From Salisapilia sapeloensis CBS 127946 (lineage: Eukaryota > Protista > Oomycota), in contig JAADVB010000150.1 in NCBI GenBank assembly GCA_023334545.1, positions 1 to 47,123 on the forward strand: 47,123 nucleotides of DNA, written 5' to 3'. The stretch's first letter is position 1. The number at the start of each line of letters is the position of its first letter. Position numbers and translations under genes: made by a program. Below are positions 24,101 to 33,022 of the stretch, in pieces. The notes below the pieces were generated by a model that was not told the DNA's origin, made no database searches, and worked only from the letters and a program-made list of their open reading frames with translations.

Positions 24101-27100
24101 ACCGGACGTTTGCAAAGCTAGCACCACGTCGCTGAGGCTTCCTTAATGCAAAGGGAGCTTTGATGGTAGGACAAGAGAAGAGCAAGTGTTCTCGAGAACT
24201 GTCATTGTCTTCAAAGAAGTCTTCGACTTCCAGAGAGCGGAAAGACAGGTTCATCTGACTAGACAATGTCCGTTGATTCATACGCATATGCAGACCTTGT
24301 AGCTTAAGCAAGATGGTTCCACTATCACCACTGCCTTCATCCACACCTGAGGATTCAAAGCGGTAGGAAGCAGTAGATGTGATAAAGTTTGACTGAGGTT
24401 TCTGTAGACGAACGGAAATGGATGGGAATGATAGAGATAGTACGAGTAGCTTTCTATCGATCACTTGGGCAGGCGCATTGGGAAAGAAGAACTGCTTTCG
24501 CCTTTTAGCTCGACGAATCGAGCGCATGTAGCTAGATTGAGGATCCTCTGACTGAGCACTCTCGTCTTTCGCAGACACAAAGCTACTTTCCGACTCGCCA
24601 TTCGTGTCTTCATCCGCGACACTAAACCACGTATCATCACTGTCACTCGAGTCTGCATCCGAGTCATCTTCTTTGCCTTCTTCATACGATTTCTGTCGCT
24701 CCATAAACTTATCCAGTGCATTCGAACTAAGGAAACTCTGACGTCGACTTGCCATGTATTCGTCACCTCCATCCAGACCAGCAACACCGAATGGATCAAA
24801 GATACTAGAAGCAAAGATCGACGCTGCCTGTGCTTCCGCTGCCATTCCACCTCCATCCTCTTCTTTCTCTTCAACCTTAAATCGATCTGCGAGAATCAAG
24901 AGCTGATAGTACTTTTCCATGGACATTTTAAACGTCAGTGCTGGCAAGTCTGCATTCACATACATCCTCGTGAGCGCTGGGTCTAACGGAAGGACCGACT
25001 TGCGCATTGTTACATGTAAATCAAGCCGTTCGACAAGTTCATAGTCGCGCTCTTCATCGTACAAGTATCCTACATGAGCAGGTCGATCTGAATGATTCGC
25101 CATCTTGGTGCGACCGTATGGGATCAAGAGCAAGTGGATGTTTGTGACCTTGAGCTTGAATTTATCATAGAACTCTTCTTTCCAGTGGACAGCACTCTCG
25201 CCTTTTTCCGCTTCATCGTAGAGCTGCTTTACGAACGATGTACTAGATGGCGTTGGCGGTGCATTCCAGGACGTGCGTTGTACTTGGGACGACATGCTAT
25301 CTCTGTCTCCATCCAGATTCAATGTACTCAAGCGATCGGTGTGGAAGCTAATATGGCCTAGATCTACAATAAGACGTCCACAGTTGTAGTCCGTGTCGCT
25401 CTCAGGAATGATGACGACAGGTGCTTGGATGCGTAAATCCATTGCCATTGCAACGTGGTTGGCAAGAACGTAGTTCAGCTTAGCCTCCGTTCTCGCTCTC
25501 AAGTTGACAATCTCATTAAACGATGCGACTTCGAGCTCTGCCCAAAGTCCAAGCACTTTCGGTGTTGTTATGAATGTATTGAACCTCTCCCAGCACTTGG
25601 CAGTTGGTGACAGGACGATTTCCAGCGGTTCCAAGTACGCAAAGATACTTGCATCAGATGTCGTGTTATGCGGCGTTGTTTCGTAGCTGAGAAAGAAGAT
25701 CGAGCCTTCGTTCTCACCTTTTCCTACAGCTCTCCCATCTTGTTTTCTACTGACGAGACGAGAGAAGACAGAGCTTTCGGCACTTTCATCAAACGCTTCA
25801 ATCGCATGGAGTGACAGATCCGCCTTGAAAAACTCATTACGACCACTTCCAGCAACCTGGAGCTGCGTGAATGTGCACCGGAGGAAGTCTACTGGCGAGT
25901 ACTTGATGCTGTACGAAGGATCATCACGCTTTAACGCGCGACCAGTTTGTGGATCGCTCGCTAGTGTTAGGGAGCCTTTAGCTAGCGTAATTGTAAAGCG
26001 ATGATCGTCTACCGGTTCTTCATACTCGTCCGTATTAGCACGTTTCTGCTTCTTGCGCTGACTCTTGGCACGACGAGATGGATCGTACTCTAGGATGCGG
26101 TACAGTTCTCTCATTTCGACTTCCGGGAGCACTCGCCTGGGCACGCTGTCTTCCACGTCGTCACTATCTGACGTCGCAAGCTTCGACGTCCACCCGAACA
26201 TCCATGCACCCCATGTCTGATATTTTTGCTCCGTTGGCTCACTCGAGTCCGTCGCTTCTGTGTCAGCAGACTCTGTATCGGAAGCTTTCGATGACCAAGC
26301 TGCTGGAGGAGTCGGCAATTCACTCGAAACGCTTTTATCTGAAGTCGACTGGATCGAACGTAGCTCTTTATCTGCACAGAAACGGAAGAAGAGGATGTCT
26401 TCAATCGGTCTCTTTCGCTCAATTTCTTCCAGTTGCTTCTCGACCTGCTCTTTACTAGTACTATCGTAAGCACTATGTTTACTCTCCTCTTCTTCCGTGT
26501 CATCGTCATCCCACGTGTGGACGTGCTGAGCCTCTCGACTAGCCTTGTGAATCCATAACTGGACGTATTTGAGTCGATCTTGTCGACGCTGCTTCATGTA
26601 CGCCCACGTCCATTTCTTCCGTTTCTCTCGAACGTCCTTGACGACACTGTCAATAGCAAACGTCCACCAGTCTCGTGCACTTGGATCTGGATTCTCAGGT
26701 CGATTCGCTTTATACTTTTGGTACTTAGACAATTGCTCCGGTAATTGGAGGGCGGTCGCGAGGTACAATAGGTCACAATACTGAGACTCTTCCATGCGAA
26801 TTGCTAATTCATCAACATTCACATCTAGCTCGATCTTAGGTCCATGTGATGGATCTGTACTGACTGCCACGCGGGCACTTGCGTCGATAGGACGTAGCAA
26901 AAAGTGGTGTTGCTGGCTCGATGGATAAAGCTGGGGGTGGAAGTATGATCGGTCGTCCGAGCGCTTCGGTACCGACCAGTTAAAGGCACTTGTGAATTCT
27001 TCCAAGGAACATGTTGTACAATCGAGGCTTCGGCCGTTCTGCACGAGGTCGCAGTGCGGATCGAGGTAGACGCTAAGATGGTTTAGCTCGATGGCTTTAT

Positions 27101-27704
27101 ATACACGAGAATCGTCCGACGAGCCTTTCGCGGACTGCCATGCCGAATTTGTGGATTGGACGTGCACGGACTCGACAGTCAGTCCCAAGGAGAATGGATG
27201 ATCGCCTGTCGTATAGTCCTCGACGCGTACATGCACACGTCGAAAGTGGAGTTCGACGTTTTCTACGATTTTATTAATCAATCTTTCAGTGAACCCACTC
27301 TCCCGAGTCTCTGCAGCAGCATCCATTGCTCTCTCATCTGCTTTAGCCTGTGCATATCTATCTTCCAGCATCTTCTTCTTGATCCGATACGGATCGAGTG
27401 CAGCCAACGCTGCATCCACGTCTTCTTCCGTACGTACAAGCGCATAGACATCATCAATCGTAATGACAATAGAGTCCGTTTGCAGTCGGTTCCAAGGAAT
27501 CTGCAGCTCGACGCTACCAACCACCCCTCGTGTCAGTGACAGAGCTGGGTGGTCCGCCACGACTTCCGGTCGCAGCTCCAAGTCTTTCAAAACGACATAT
27601 CCAGACCATACAGCGACGTTGATCTTGTCACTGGAGAAGCATGCCGGATCGATGAAGCTGCCGAGGGCATTCGTCAGCAGCCCCGTGACAAGCGTCTCGA
27701 ACAT
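15165..27704 (-). CDS. VPS13: VPS13-family bridge-like lipid transfer protein, 4179 aa, intronless
   Basis: Chorein-N start (MFETLVTGLLTNALGSFID..VAVWSGYVVLKDLELR; RRVHVRVED), VAB/SHR-BD repeats (PYWIVNAT, FTPRF-like LTPRFMLIN, PYRIENFS), ATG2_C-like region (VILGSVDVLGNP) and terminal PH-like region. Confidence 0.93.
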   Translation of the reverse strand: MFETLVTGLLTNALGSFIDPACFSSDKINVAVWSGYVVLKDLELRPEVVADHPALSLTRGVVGSVELQIPWNRLQTDSIVITIDDVYALVRTEEDVDAALAALDPYRIKKKMLEDRYAQAKADERAMDAAAETRESGFTERLINKIVENVELHFRRVHVRVEDYTTGDHPFSLGLTVESVHVQSTNSAWQSAKGSSDDSRVYKAIELNHLSVYLDPHCDLVQNGRSLDCTTCSLEEFTSAFNWSVPKRSDDRSYFHPQLYPSSQQHHFLLRPIDASARVAVSTDPSHGPKIELDVNVDELAIRMEESQYCDLLYLATALQLPEQLSKYQKYKANRPENPDPSARDWWTFAIDSVVKDVREKRKKWTWAYMKQRRQDRLKYVQLWIHKASREAQHVHTWDDDDTEEEESKHSAYDSTSKEQVEKQLEEIERKRPIEDILFFRFCADKELRSIQSTSDKSVSSELPTPPAAWSSKASDTESADTEATDSSEPTEQKYQTWGAWMFGWTSKLATSDSDDVEDSVPRRVLPEVEMRELYRILEYDPSRRAKSQRKKQKRANTDEYEEPVDDHRFTITLAKGSLTLASDPQTGRALKRDDPSYSIKYSPVDFLRCTFTQLQVAGSGRNEFFKADLSLHAIEAFDESAESSVFSRLVSRKQDGRAVGKGENEGSIFFLSYETTPHNTTSDASIFAYLEPLEIVLSPTAKCWERFNTFITTPKVLGLWAELEVASFNEIVNLRARTEAKLNYVLANHVAMAMDLRIQAPVVIIPESDTDYNCGRLIVDLGHISFHTDRLSTLNLDGDRDSMSSQVQRTSWNAPPTPSSTSFVKQLYDEAEKGESAVHWKEEFYDKFKLKVTNIHLLLIPYGRTKMANHSDRPAHVGYLYDEERDYELVERLDLHVTMRKSVLPLDPALTRMYVNADLPALTFKMSMEKYYQLLILADRFKVEEKEEDGGGMAAEAQAASIFASSIFDPFGVAGLDGGDEYMASRRQSFLSSNALDKFMERQKSYEEGKEDDSDADSSDSDDTWFSVADEDTNGESESSFVSAKDESAQSEDPQSSYMRSIRRAKRRKQFFFPNAPAQVIDRKLLVLSLSFPSISVRLQKPQSNFITSTASYRFESSGVDEGSGDSGTILLKLQGLHMRMNQRTLSSQMNLSFRSLEVEDFFEDNDSSREHLLFSCPTIKAPFALRKPQRRGASFANVRLPRTRTLARQRERVISIQRSNDSTKEDSKSSPKDGPPENLLELVYNSYSDTSTGLPVSNDLNVRVGALHVNFDQSYVCSLLEMLEETSRKLNIPQAAPMSEQTPDTSFMDVGLGGDIPPLELSATANQDFTMPPSLTESVRADLDKARQNFVTQHFGTPEQKEEDRSVVKKPVAFDVKVRVHSVSICVSDRSELLSSAAVVQTKLQLEMGGGRETSVEATVGDVKVFDLFAGDHRESERDSDTITKLSSFSSLDKSMSKKTYREICGLNVGRIETNGDDLHKALLTLSLRLKAVDHDVAEEPFQSKLQVVVNPLDISANPDFVERIVNSVVRGPLSAYLAEEEDTYTESKHRSYSNDMPTFMDDRKMDLRDLHFTSFDENEFKSPAVESSTTPFFDAIDMVGRTPGVSSPKAKEEAKEDEQKDSKLVQESADQAEESEHSKDDSILMLFTSLTVSVKLLHPNIILPGSKARTFAPDADEYSSGLLVDLGCVSFTSQTHGDASSESGQYLDLQLDLSKLHVACEGSIPDVIEPTGLHGKCTLPVSFEPTTEEKAEDVVVSIDIEPVRVNAGEATLSTVIEATYGSTIPIAEALMSTQSSQEHDRRASIGQDTPLENGKEDLAHSASDKPDWMRYGLQANVFLKQIKVVLVAESKMKAQFDTWLERAASEDSFHPARDPTFSLFGDVETAPDANWRDARSYASDSFAAVAELDVNCVRLSFSGNSRPDMHPLKCELGVQEIAVRDCADDSPLKTKLLGASLSFDHTKDGVDEQTPASDQNSSSFPTLANVGDLALGFNDEQLHVKLIAEMHQSEDGVPYQVYDLNVLMTSLCLNALPKVALRVEYFVMAAALSLKQKIFHLQLHRESYELSNPNQFQSLDYFESGEESSEFDDDMPAPRSDVSAYRPDTRQNQPKRSNSKAGSSGQDKVKISDLSHLEIPAEKSPVAAGDQVGSDVTSPPSSKAVNSSIPSTHSEDKEAQVDSQSDTSTQPRVVLELHAELSSFEILLLSVDDAGEASGSVLSSKLTANAKASYVKEQDMMLTYPEIMDASADLEKINVAVKTSVEREAESDPLPSSELHELWRIVEPFDVTLNSSSRLHTSSSSTNVTSSLSDNTLFQGQELHLPSSSKWIQHQVRADVGLITSRLSYRDLPLFLKLGLSITSALSAHTNIQQTFGNSWEAVLKEEEVWLVNDNLSDKAPSENEAVESSHMSNEALKPAAILEAHLDAKGVQLRLINNMVDQESPVVGLRVDSISMALRFGADIQTIVAAHCHLEAWYHNLRLVASEPLIEPWNVQVNLAKVSNGSRNEDVDTVEEGACWDLSVSSKEYLQLNVTDAFMANMIAAQRAWRWVQADGGDPREMTNYSSYRIRNDTGMTLKYWGHACQGSSLEPGVEEPLEFADKSDTLLDFVRQHSGAGNEMGESSPVPFSLRNRHLYICVEGENAMDAEDMGVRKWQSEVAIPVDQLDSRLYALTEVNAEADSSSVKRCECVIDVFVERGCKFFVVRSTLLLDNNTASDLEVEFMPPPRKQSPMHHQRSGHTHPTPSWKTVLEAGSMMHVPLNLSSAAEGFMMVRPPPMKSLTTDRHTLPKAYAKERVHLPIFDRGDDSDKALNGDGMASHCVVKFHRLYNDRPVRPFVMSAMLSNTTTALYQRTLSFRPPLFLRNLTAGALEYSLSTPNDWEPSVDSDASSSAKMGWENSQQRLRERGSINVADSMLWHLSDRSTPLELRVRMKGFEWSDPFLVTEELEDGVQRLRMKDVVTDAFLYMTVETQEGAGRCHEILLYVPYWIVNATNLHLEFAFDERFTGREHPTALLAGQRRLDREELLSKEEQQRPTRNRGENPHIIHQLRSERKEEDVESEVATRSVKNTDRSGRKRQRKLHHASLLPSVPNVKGILDLLPKSIDDTKESDQLEVLQACYSDYKASKGHVRFRVNDDAFDKTKRIPRHEWSDSIMLDQTGTSGQLEATDMSSGRTYSVGYSISTAKGQYSRTKVIMLTPRFMLINALGSAIEVCHSSKKGSPPVTPDVGAHMQIARKNEPSVSGGVVLEAGAYADFHWTSDLANVRTIRCRVAEPGWSWSGAVPLSETGDFAVRVQHESTREVRLIRINFKLDGPCVCVYFREESPAAAPYRIENFSLETLRVHQYRVRRSEVLLPHHSLEYSWDEPTQEQLLMVDMLPSAAGDNSRPVRIGTFRLDHLQTYPDELGGALGVAILADGPTRVLRFTDTRLRQGRNYRSIVPGPERVPASPQSTKFLHHFVPTPSVSLQVMLQGVGISIIDGEPKELLYISISNVQFETLVSASSREEDRAIIARVGDGGEEYLQRERPTQITASRFQLGDMQIDHQLPSTPFPVLLRFANRGARELEPQSSKLLAPAVRICIVKQDDHASVNFIRHFSAHLVPVHTRVDGSLLYQLLPMFAHGKEYAETTLGDDRAVGRVSSMVADKSLLLDDLNSSLEVGVEVVEAMHEDRTTSVTGTQSTMSRRQSTVTGRRKKLTSHPSPGKLASKEMAKKLYFEEFHIGAIRAMVSFSFGATSGREEDAADGASGTYTTNLRRHTQITVGPLRLLLNAIGASLAKIANAPFHLNSVDINHSFVQADALGARIGAHYQREALRQAYVILGSVDVLGNPMIAWKNMKGGFYDFFHEPVHGIMQSPQQFALGIGRGTLSLTRASVYTFLDFNTRILTACTLGLSEACLKLDDYTGYPATRNVYQGFAQGIAGLAVAPIHSFEVSGMKGVFPGLLAGAFGLVLKPLLGLSLATSVTTAKLRDAVDPSTKALLLRSRPPRHIDYKTKRLKVYSYVESLGEEIVGKLRGGRYRKDGYLGHVDLTQKCFLVTKKRVLMLQVKPDQSYTIEWELSAEELVLVESKTSKPDLLTFYYMTENLEQIHHLGFSLQKHEVSMPAKKIMFVQAMLQQQERSFMTQMTSSTNLLRSMSFSTPLVSHPPPEGSGKTMPATYPIFQIENIPTSRRPSAA

Positions 27705-27891
27705 TGCGCTTCCGACTTACTGTCCTTTGTTGGCATTTGTCCTGCATTATTACATTTAATTGCTTTTGATCCAATTTATTCATATTACTAAGTCTCGTTA
27801 TAATAAATATGTTTGTGAGGTGTCCTGTAAAAACATGGCTAGAGCCTAGGATATTCAATTCCCGAACCGACGACAGACGCTCGAGGTGGAG

Positions 27892-29919
27892 ATGGATAGC
27901 GTGGACTCGGCGCTACGGTTCTTGCAACGGCAGTTTGCGAGTGTCGCTGATGAAGAGACAAAGTGGAAAAAAGAGCGTACAAGTTTAGAAAACCGTGTGA
28001 AAGAGCTGGAGGAAGAGCGGGAGGCACAGGAGACTGCTTATAAAGATGCTCTCATGCGTATTAAAATGCTCGAGTTTGCACTGAAGCAAGAGCGAGGTCG
28101 ATACCTCAACTCTTCCGCACCTGTGACATCTGTCGTGCATACGAATCTCCATTTGAAAAAGTCTACTAGCAATACACTAAGCGACAGTGGACGTACAAAT
28201 TCCATTACAATATCAAGACCGATTGAAAAAGCGACATCGTCCGAGTCACCAGCACAGAGTCCATCCAGTCAGAAATCACACGAGATCTTTCGTCTTGATA
28301 GCAATACTTCTTCCAAAAGCACTTCTTCGAAAGATGGCATGGAGATCACACGACCGCGGATTCTATCTCGAGCGGCATCCGGTCAGGACCAAACGGTCGA
28401 ACGTATGCTCTACTACGTTTGCATTTACATACGAGACTCATCTAATGTCTTGTGCATAGGAACGGTGGAGACTACCAAGCCAGCAAGTATTCCTTTAGCG
28501 CCGAAATCTGCGTTTAAACCTCATAAGCTCAAGCTCAAGCTATCAAGTCACATGGTACGTACCTTCAAGCTGATCAGACACATCCTGGGTATTCATAGAG
28601 ATGGTAGGATGGTATCCGATCACTTGCTTTCCATCCGACGGAACCGCTCTTGATCTCTGGGAGCGAAGACAGCACAGCTAAAGTATGGAACTTGAATGCA
28701 CTCGCTTCTGGTCCACCACCTTCTCGGTATGAATCTTGCTAGCTTTATCGACTCACTCGCTTATAAAATTATTTTTAGGGCGGTCGAGATGGATGCTTTC
28801 ATGACTGTACGATGCCATACGGACAGTGTCTTGGCCGTAGCAGCGATCGGGTCGGAGAATTATCCGAACAATGCTCCGAATCGCGTCGGTGCGTTCGCCA
28901 CTGCTGGTCGAGACGGCAGTATCTGTCTCATTGACTTTCCATCCGGTGAACGAGAGACGAGTGAACCTCTGACGTACGAAGAGTATCAGGGCATGAAGTC
29001 TCACGTGATTAAACGCGCACATGAAGATGCCGTATGGGATCTACATACGCACCCACTATCCAACCTGCTCTTTTCCGCTGGTGCAGACGGCGTCGTACGT
29101 TCATGGGGCATTACCACAGGTAACTGACACTACTCTCATTCCGTATATCGTATATCTAATAGGCGTTTAGAGTTGAGTTTAAAGAGTGAGCTTCGGTGCA
29201 CGTCTCGATCTCTTCCGTCTGGTGCAGGTATTCTCGTGTGTCTAGTAGATGCTCCTGTCATGATACTGATATGCACACAATTGTAGCATCTAGCAAAGTT
29301 CCGTTCATCCCGACATCTGTCCATACGCTTCCTTCCGACACCAAGACATGCGCTGTCGGGTACACTTGTGGCAGCATCGCTCAATTCGATTTCCATGGCG
29401 AACAGCTCGTACAGTTACTACGTTCGACCGAGTCGGACTTTAGCAGTCGAGACTCGAGAGATGGACAGGTGAACCAAATCGTAGCACATCCGACGCTCCC
29501 GCTCGTCTTTGCTGCTCATCAGGACAAGAAGATTCGAGTTTATGATCTTCGAGCAGGTACATTCGATCCATTTGTGCTTGTGGCATGTGTTGCTGATGGA
29601 AGGATGTAGGCGACTGCGTTGGGTCGTTTGCTGCGCACCAGGATAGCGTGTCGTCTCTCTCTATCGACTCTTCCGGCCTCAACCTTGCGTCTGTCGGACA
29701 TGATGGTTCTCTTCGCGTGTGGTCCGTTTCGGAACGCCATTGCATCTTTGAACAACAGGTAGCTAGTGTCTTGTCGATATCTTGCGAATGGAACTGATGG
29801 AAGCATTGTAGGCACATCGGCACAAGATGGCGGAATCAGTACACTCGGTGGCGTACCACCCGTCTCGCAACTTTATCGCGACGGGCGGTGCCGACAGTCT
29901 GATCAAAGTATACCAGTGA
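27892..29919 (+). CDS. STRN: Striatin (STRIPAK scaffold, PP2A B''' subunit), multi-exon
   Basis: Striatin N-terminal coiled coil (ALRFLQRQF..RIKMLEFALKQERGRY). After splicing (e.g. introns 28403-28459, 28555-28607) the WD40 reads LSSHMDGIRSLAFHPTEPLLISGSEDSTAKVWNL; final WD repeat TGGADSLIKVYQ* ends at 29919. Other internal exon boundaries are approximate. Confidence 0.88.
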
Positions 29920-30072
29920 CTTTACATCTTGTTGTGTGAATAGTAGGAAAGGCAAAAAGAGAGAATGCATTTGCAGAAGCAGCAAGAGCAATGTCTTGTT
30001 TATTCTTAATTCTGTCACATGCTAGACGAAGCGTCTCTACATGGACACTAAGACAATACCTTTTTAGGTCGC

Positions 30073-30661
30073 TTAGATGACACCAATGCGGTTGGCAACG
30101 TCCAACGCATCGTAGTCAGGGGTCAGACGAACGTACGCCTTCTTCTGGCCATCCATCCTATCGACATGATGAGTATTGTGTATAAAGAGAGAGAGCTGGA
30201 TGGAGAATTCAAGGTGGACGGTGGCAAGCGATGGCTCATGTCGGTTTCGACTTGATCGCTGCCTTTCCATTCCAAAGAGCTCGACGCGAAATGGTGTACC
30301 TGATAAGCGTGTTGACCTTCTGGCACTTGATGTCGTACATCTGCTTCATGGCGTCCTTGATCTGACGCTTGTTGGCCTTAAGGTCGACGAGGAAGACAAG
30401 CGTGTTGTGGTCCTCAATCTTCTTCATGGCCGATTCCGTGGTCAAAGGAGCCTTGATGATACGGTACTTGTTCATCTTGGTGCGCGACGGCACGGCCTTG
30501 CGGGCGTACTTGGGCTGACGCGGAAGCGCAAGCGTCTTCGGGCGGTAGAAGTGCACGTTCGTGCGGACCTTGACGGCCTTGCCGTGGGAGCCCTTGAGCA
30601 TCTTCTTTGAGGTGGCCGCAGCCTTCTTGCCCGCAGGCGTCGTCGTGTCCTTGGGAGCCAT
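30073..30661 (-). CDS. RPL23A: 60S ribosomal protein L23a (uL23), 2 exons (30661-30300, 30157-30073)
   Basis: [43 protein letters not shown]|[27 protein letters not shown]; GT-AG intron 30299-30158 (142 nt). Confidence 0.97.
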
Positions 30662-30682
30662 CTCTACCTTGCTACTTCTGGT

Positions 30683-30689
30683 AAATGAG
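30683..30689 (-). promoter_or_regulatory. Candidate oomycete initiator (YCATTYY: CTCATTT) upstream of RPL23A
   Basis: Minus-strand CTCATTT lies 21 nt upstream of the RPL23A ATG. It matches the Phytophthora Inr consensus, but the motif is short and the TSS is unverified. Confidence 0.4.
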
Positions 30690-30809
30690 TTTTGATACGG
30701 TTTGGACATTGCAATCGGTTGGTTTGGAAATTTTAGCCAATAATATCCTTTATATATACATTTCAACCAATAAAAATGTAAACGTCCTTTCACAAGCGCC
30801 ATTGTAAAA

Positions 30810-32258
30810 ATGCGAGTACTTGTGTTCCTAGGGGCGCTACTTGGGCCGGTCGTGGAAGCAGGGACGAAGACCATCTTGCACTTCACCGATGTCCATTTGA
30901 ATTATTCGGAAAGTGGTGCACAGCCTCCATGTGCGTATTACTCGGATGCTCCCGTGACGTTGCTTGAATCTGGCCTCGAGTATGCCAAGTCGGTCGCACC
31001 AGACCCCGACTTCTTCCTCTACACGGGCGACCACGTCGTGCATGGTCAATTTACTGATGAGTATATTGCAAAAGCACTACAGGAGAATGTAAAGACTTTA
31101 GAAAAGTATTACACGAGTAAAGATTCATTTACGACGACGGCTATTATTGGCAACGCGGACACGAATCCAGACTACCACATGCCCGTCACGGACATTCACA
31201 AAGATAAGGAGAATCCTGCACTCGCCAATGTTGCCGGGGCGTGGGAAGATACCTTGTCCACGTCCGACTTGGAGAAACTACGTCGACGTGGATACCTCCG
31301 CACTTCCTTTGACGAGCAGCTAGAGATTCTGACGCTCAACACTGTTCCGTACTCGCCATGGCATTCCCCTGACTCAACGTCTGATCCAGATCCGTTCGAA
31401 CAGTTTGTCTGGCTGAATAAAACGTTGCAGGAACTACAGGATAAGAGCAAATTCGCCTACATTACAGGCCATATTCCTCCCATCATAGACTCGTATGGAG
31501 GTAGCCCACAGTGGCATGAAAACTACATCGTCACATACAAAACGATTGTCGAGCAGTACACCGACGTAATTAAAGCTCAGATCTTTGGTCATGTCCATAG
31601 TGTCGAGTTCCGGATGCCTGTGCTGCCGCACCAAGATGCTGACGACACTAGTGGCATCGTACCGTTGCACGTGAGTGGCTCTATCTCTCCTCTCTTCGGT
31701 AACAATCCGTCGTTTATGGTATGGGAAGTGGATAGTGACACGTATGAAATGTTGGACTACACTGTCTATGCTACGAACATCTCTTCTAGCGATCAAACGC
31801 TCGAGTGGAAGCGTCTGTATCGTGCAAGTGAAGCATACGGCTTGAAGGATTTATCTACGAATGAACTAGGAAAGATGTATGCACGCATGTCGATGGATGC
31901 GCAGCTGCTCGACACGTACTATTGGCACATGAAAGCAGACGCTTATCACTTGTCTCCATGCACTACGTATCAATGTCGAGCGAAAATCCTATGTACGATG
32001 AAGTGGTGGACGACGCGTGGGGAGTTCCTAGCATGCGTAGATGGCGCTCGAAACGTAGCGCAGCGGATGATGTTGATGGATGGCACGAGTCTAGCAGCAT
32101 CGGAGCCGATCTCGGCATCCGAGATTGCACTTGTGATGCTAACAGCACTTGTAGCGTCAGGTGGTGCGGTCGGATGCTTTGTTTTGGTATCCAGAATGAC
32201 GCGTAGACCAGTGCCCGAGATGACGAAATTTGGAGAACTACCGAGCCAAGTCGTGTAA
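30810..32258 (+). CDS. Secreted/type-I membrane calcineurin-like phosphoesterase, acid sphingomyelinase/SMPDL3-like, 482 aa
   Basis: Signal peptide [17 protein letters not shown]; metallophosphoesterase motifs [34 protein letters not shown]; C-terminal TM helix ([22 protein letters not shown]). Confidence 0.82.
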   Translation: MRVLVFLGALLGPVVEAGTKTILHFTDVHLNYSESGAQPPCAYYSDAPVTLLESGLEYAKSVAPDPDFFLYTGDHVVHGQFTDEYIAKALQENVKTLEKYYTSKDSFTTTAIIGNADTNPDYHMPVTDIHKDKENPALANVAGAWEDTLSTSDLEKLRRRGYLRTSFDEQLEILTLNTVPYSPWHSPDSTSDPDPFEQFVWLNKTLQELQDKSKFAYITGHIPPIIDSYGGSPQWHENYIVTYKTIVEQYTDVIKAQIFGHVHSVEFRMPVLPHQDADDTSGIVPLHVSGSISPLFGNNPSFMVWEVDSDTYEMLDYTVYATNISSSDQTLEWKRLYRASEAYGLKDLSTNELGKMYARMSMDAQLLDTYYWHMKADAYHLSPCTTYQCRAKILCTMKWWTTRGEFLACVDGARNVAQRMMLMDGTSLAASEPISASEIALVMLTALVASGGAVGCFVLVSRMTRRPVPEMTKFGELPSQVV

Positions 32259-32377
32259 GATCTTCTTGCGAGTACAGTAAGAAAGGTTTGATACGCTTCA
32301 AATCGCATTTGCAAATGAAACACGAAACCATTCTTCCTTTTCCTCAAGTAGCCACTGCTATATTGAACGTCTTTGCC

Positions 32378-33022
32378 TCACATGAGTTTGAGATGGCCTG
32401 TCACTTCATCCAGTACATGCACAGGAGCAGGGCCGATACCTACGACGGTCTTGCTGTCTGGCGCAATTTGCGTTCGTCCAGCGTCCATCTACATGATGCT
32501 TTCGTTAGGTGATTGGAAGTGGAAGGAAACGAGGTACGTACAACTAGGTAGTGGCAAAGTCCTTTTTCAGCCGCGACCGAGGCAAGTCGTAAGAGTTCCT
32601 CTTCCGAATCCACTTTGAGACATACTTTAGCCTGGCCTAACGTCTCCCAAGCCTTAACTGCGTTCGGTGTCCGCTTGACTGCACGCTTGTACGCTCCAAG
32701 TGTAGCGTGACAACTCTGAGCTGCGATTTTACCTGCGATACATGCCCATTGATATAACTACTAAAATGGCCTAAGAGTTAACTGTAGTCGAACCTTTGCC
32801 CATTTTTAAATCCGTACGGACGCACAGCACCATCTTATGAGGCGTCCATTCTTCCTCGTCTCGACCTTCCCAGTCCGAGTCGCTCTCATCGGAGCTGTCA
32901 TTTATTTCAGAACTAGCCGGTGAAGCTTTCTGAACATTTAGATAAGGCGTAAGGAGGTAATGTGTCGCGACACCGAGCAAGAAAGCACTCGAGTACTTCC
33001 ACACAGCACTATAATCATCCAT
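32378..33022 (-). CDS. PTH2: Peptidyl-tRNA hydrolase 2 (PTH2/Bit1), 3 exons (introns 32793-32733 and 32541-32489)
   Basis: N-terminal TM anchor; [15 protein letters not shown]|[19 protein letters not shown]|[30 protein letters not shown]. Confidence 0.92.

Noticed and set aside
30165-30303. Box C (ATGATGA) and box D (CTGA) on the plus strand spanning the RPL23A intron
   Set aside because: Antisense to the host transcript, and the D box overlaps the exon/donor site, so it is not an intronic C/D snoRNA.
1152-32258. Apparent lipid-metabolism cluster (ECI, ACS-like, VPS13, SMPDL3-like)
   Set aside because: Different compartments, interspersed with unrelated housekeeping genes; no evidence of a biosynthetic cluster.
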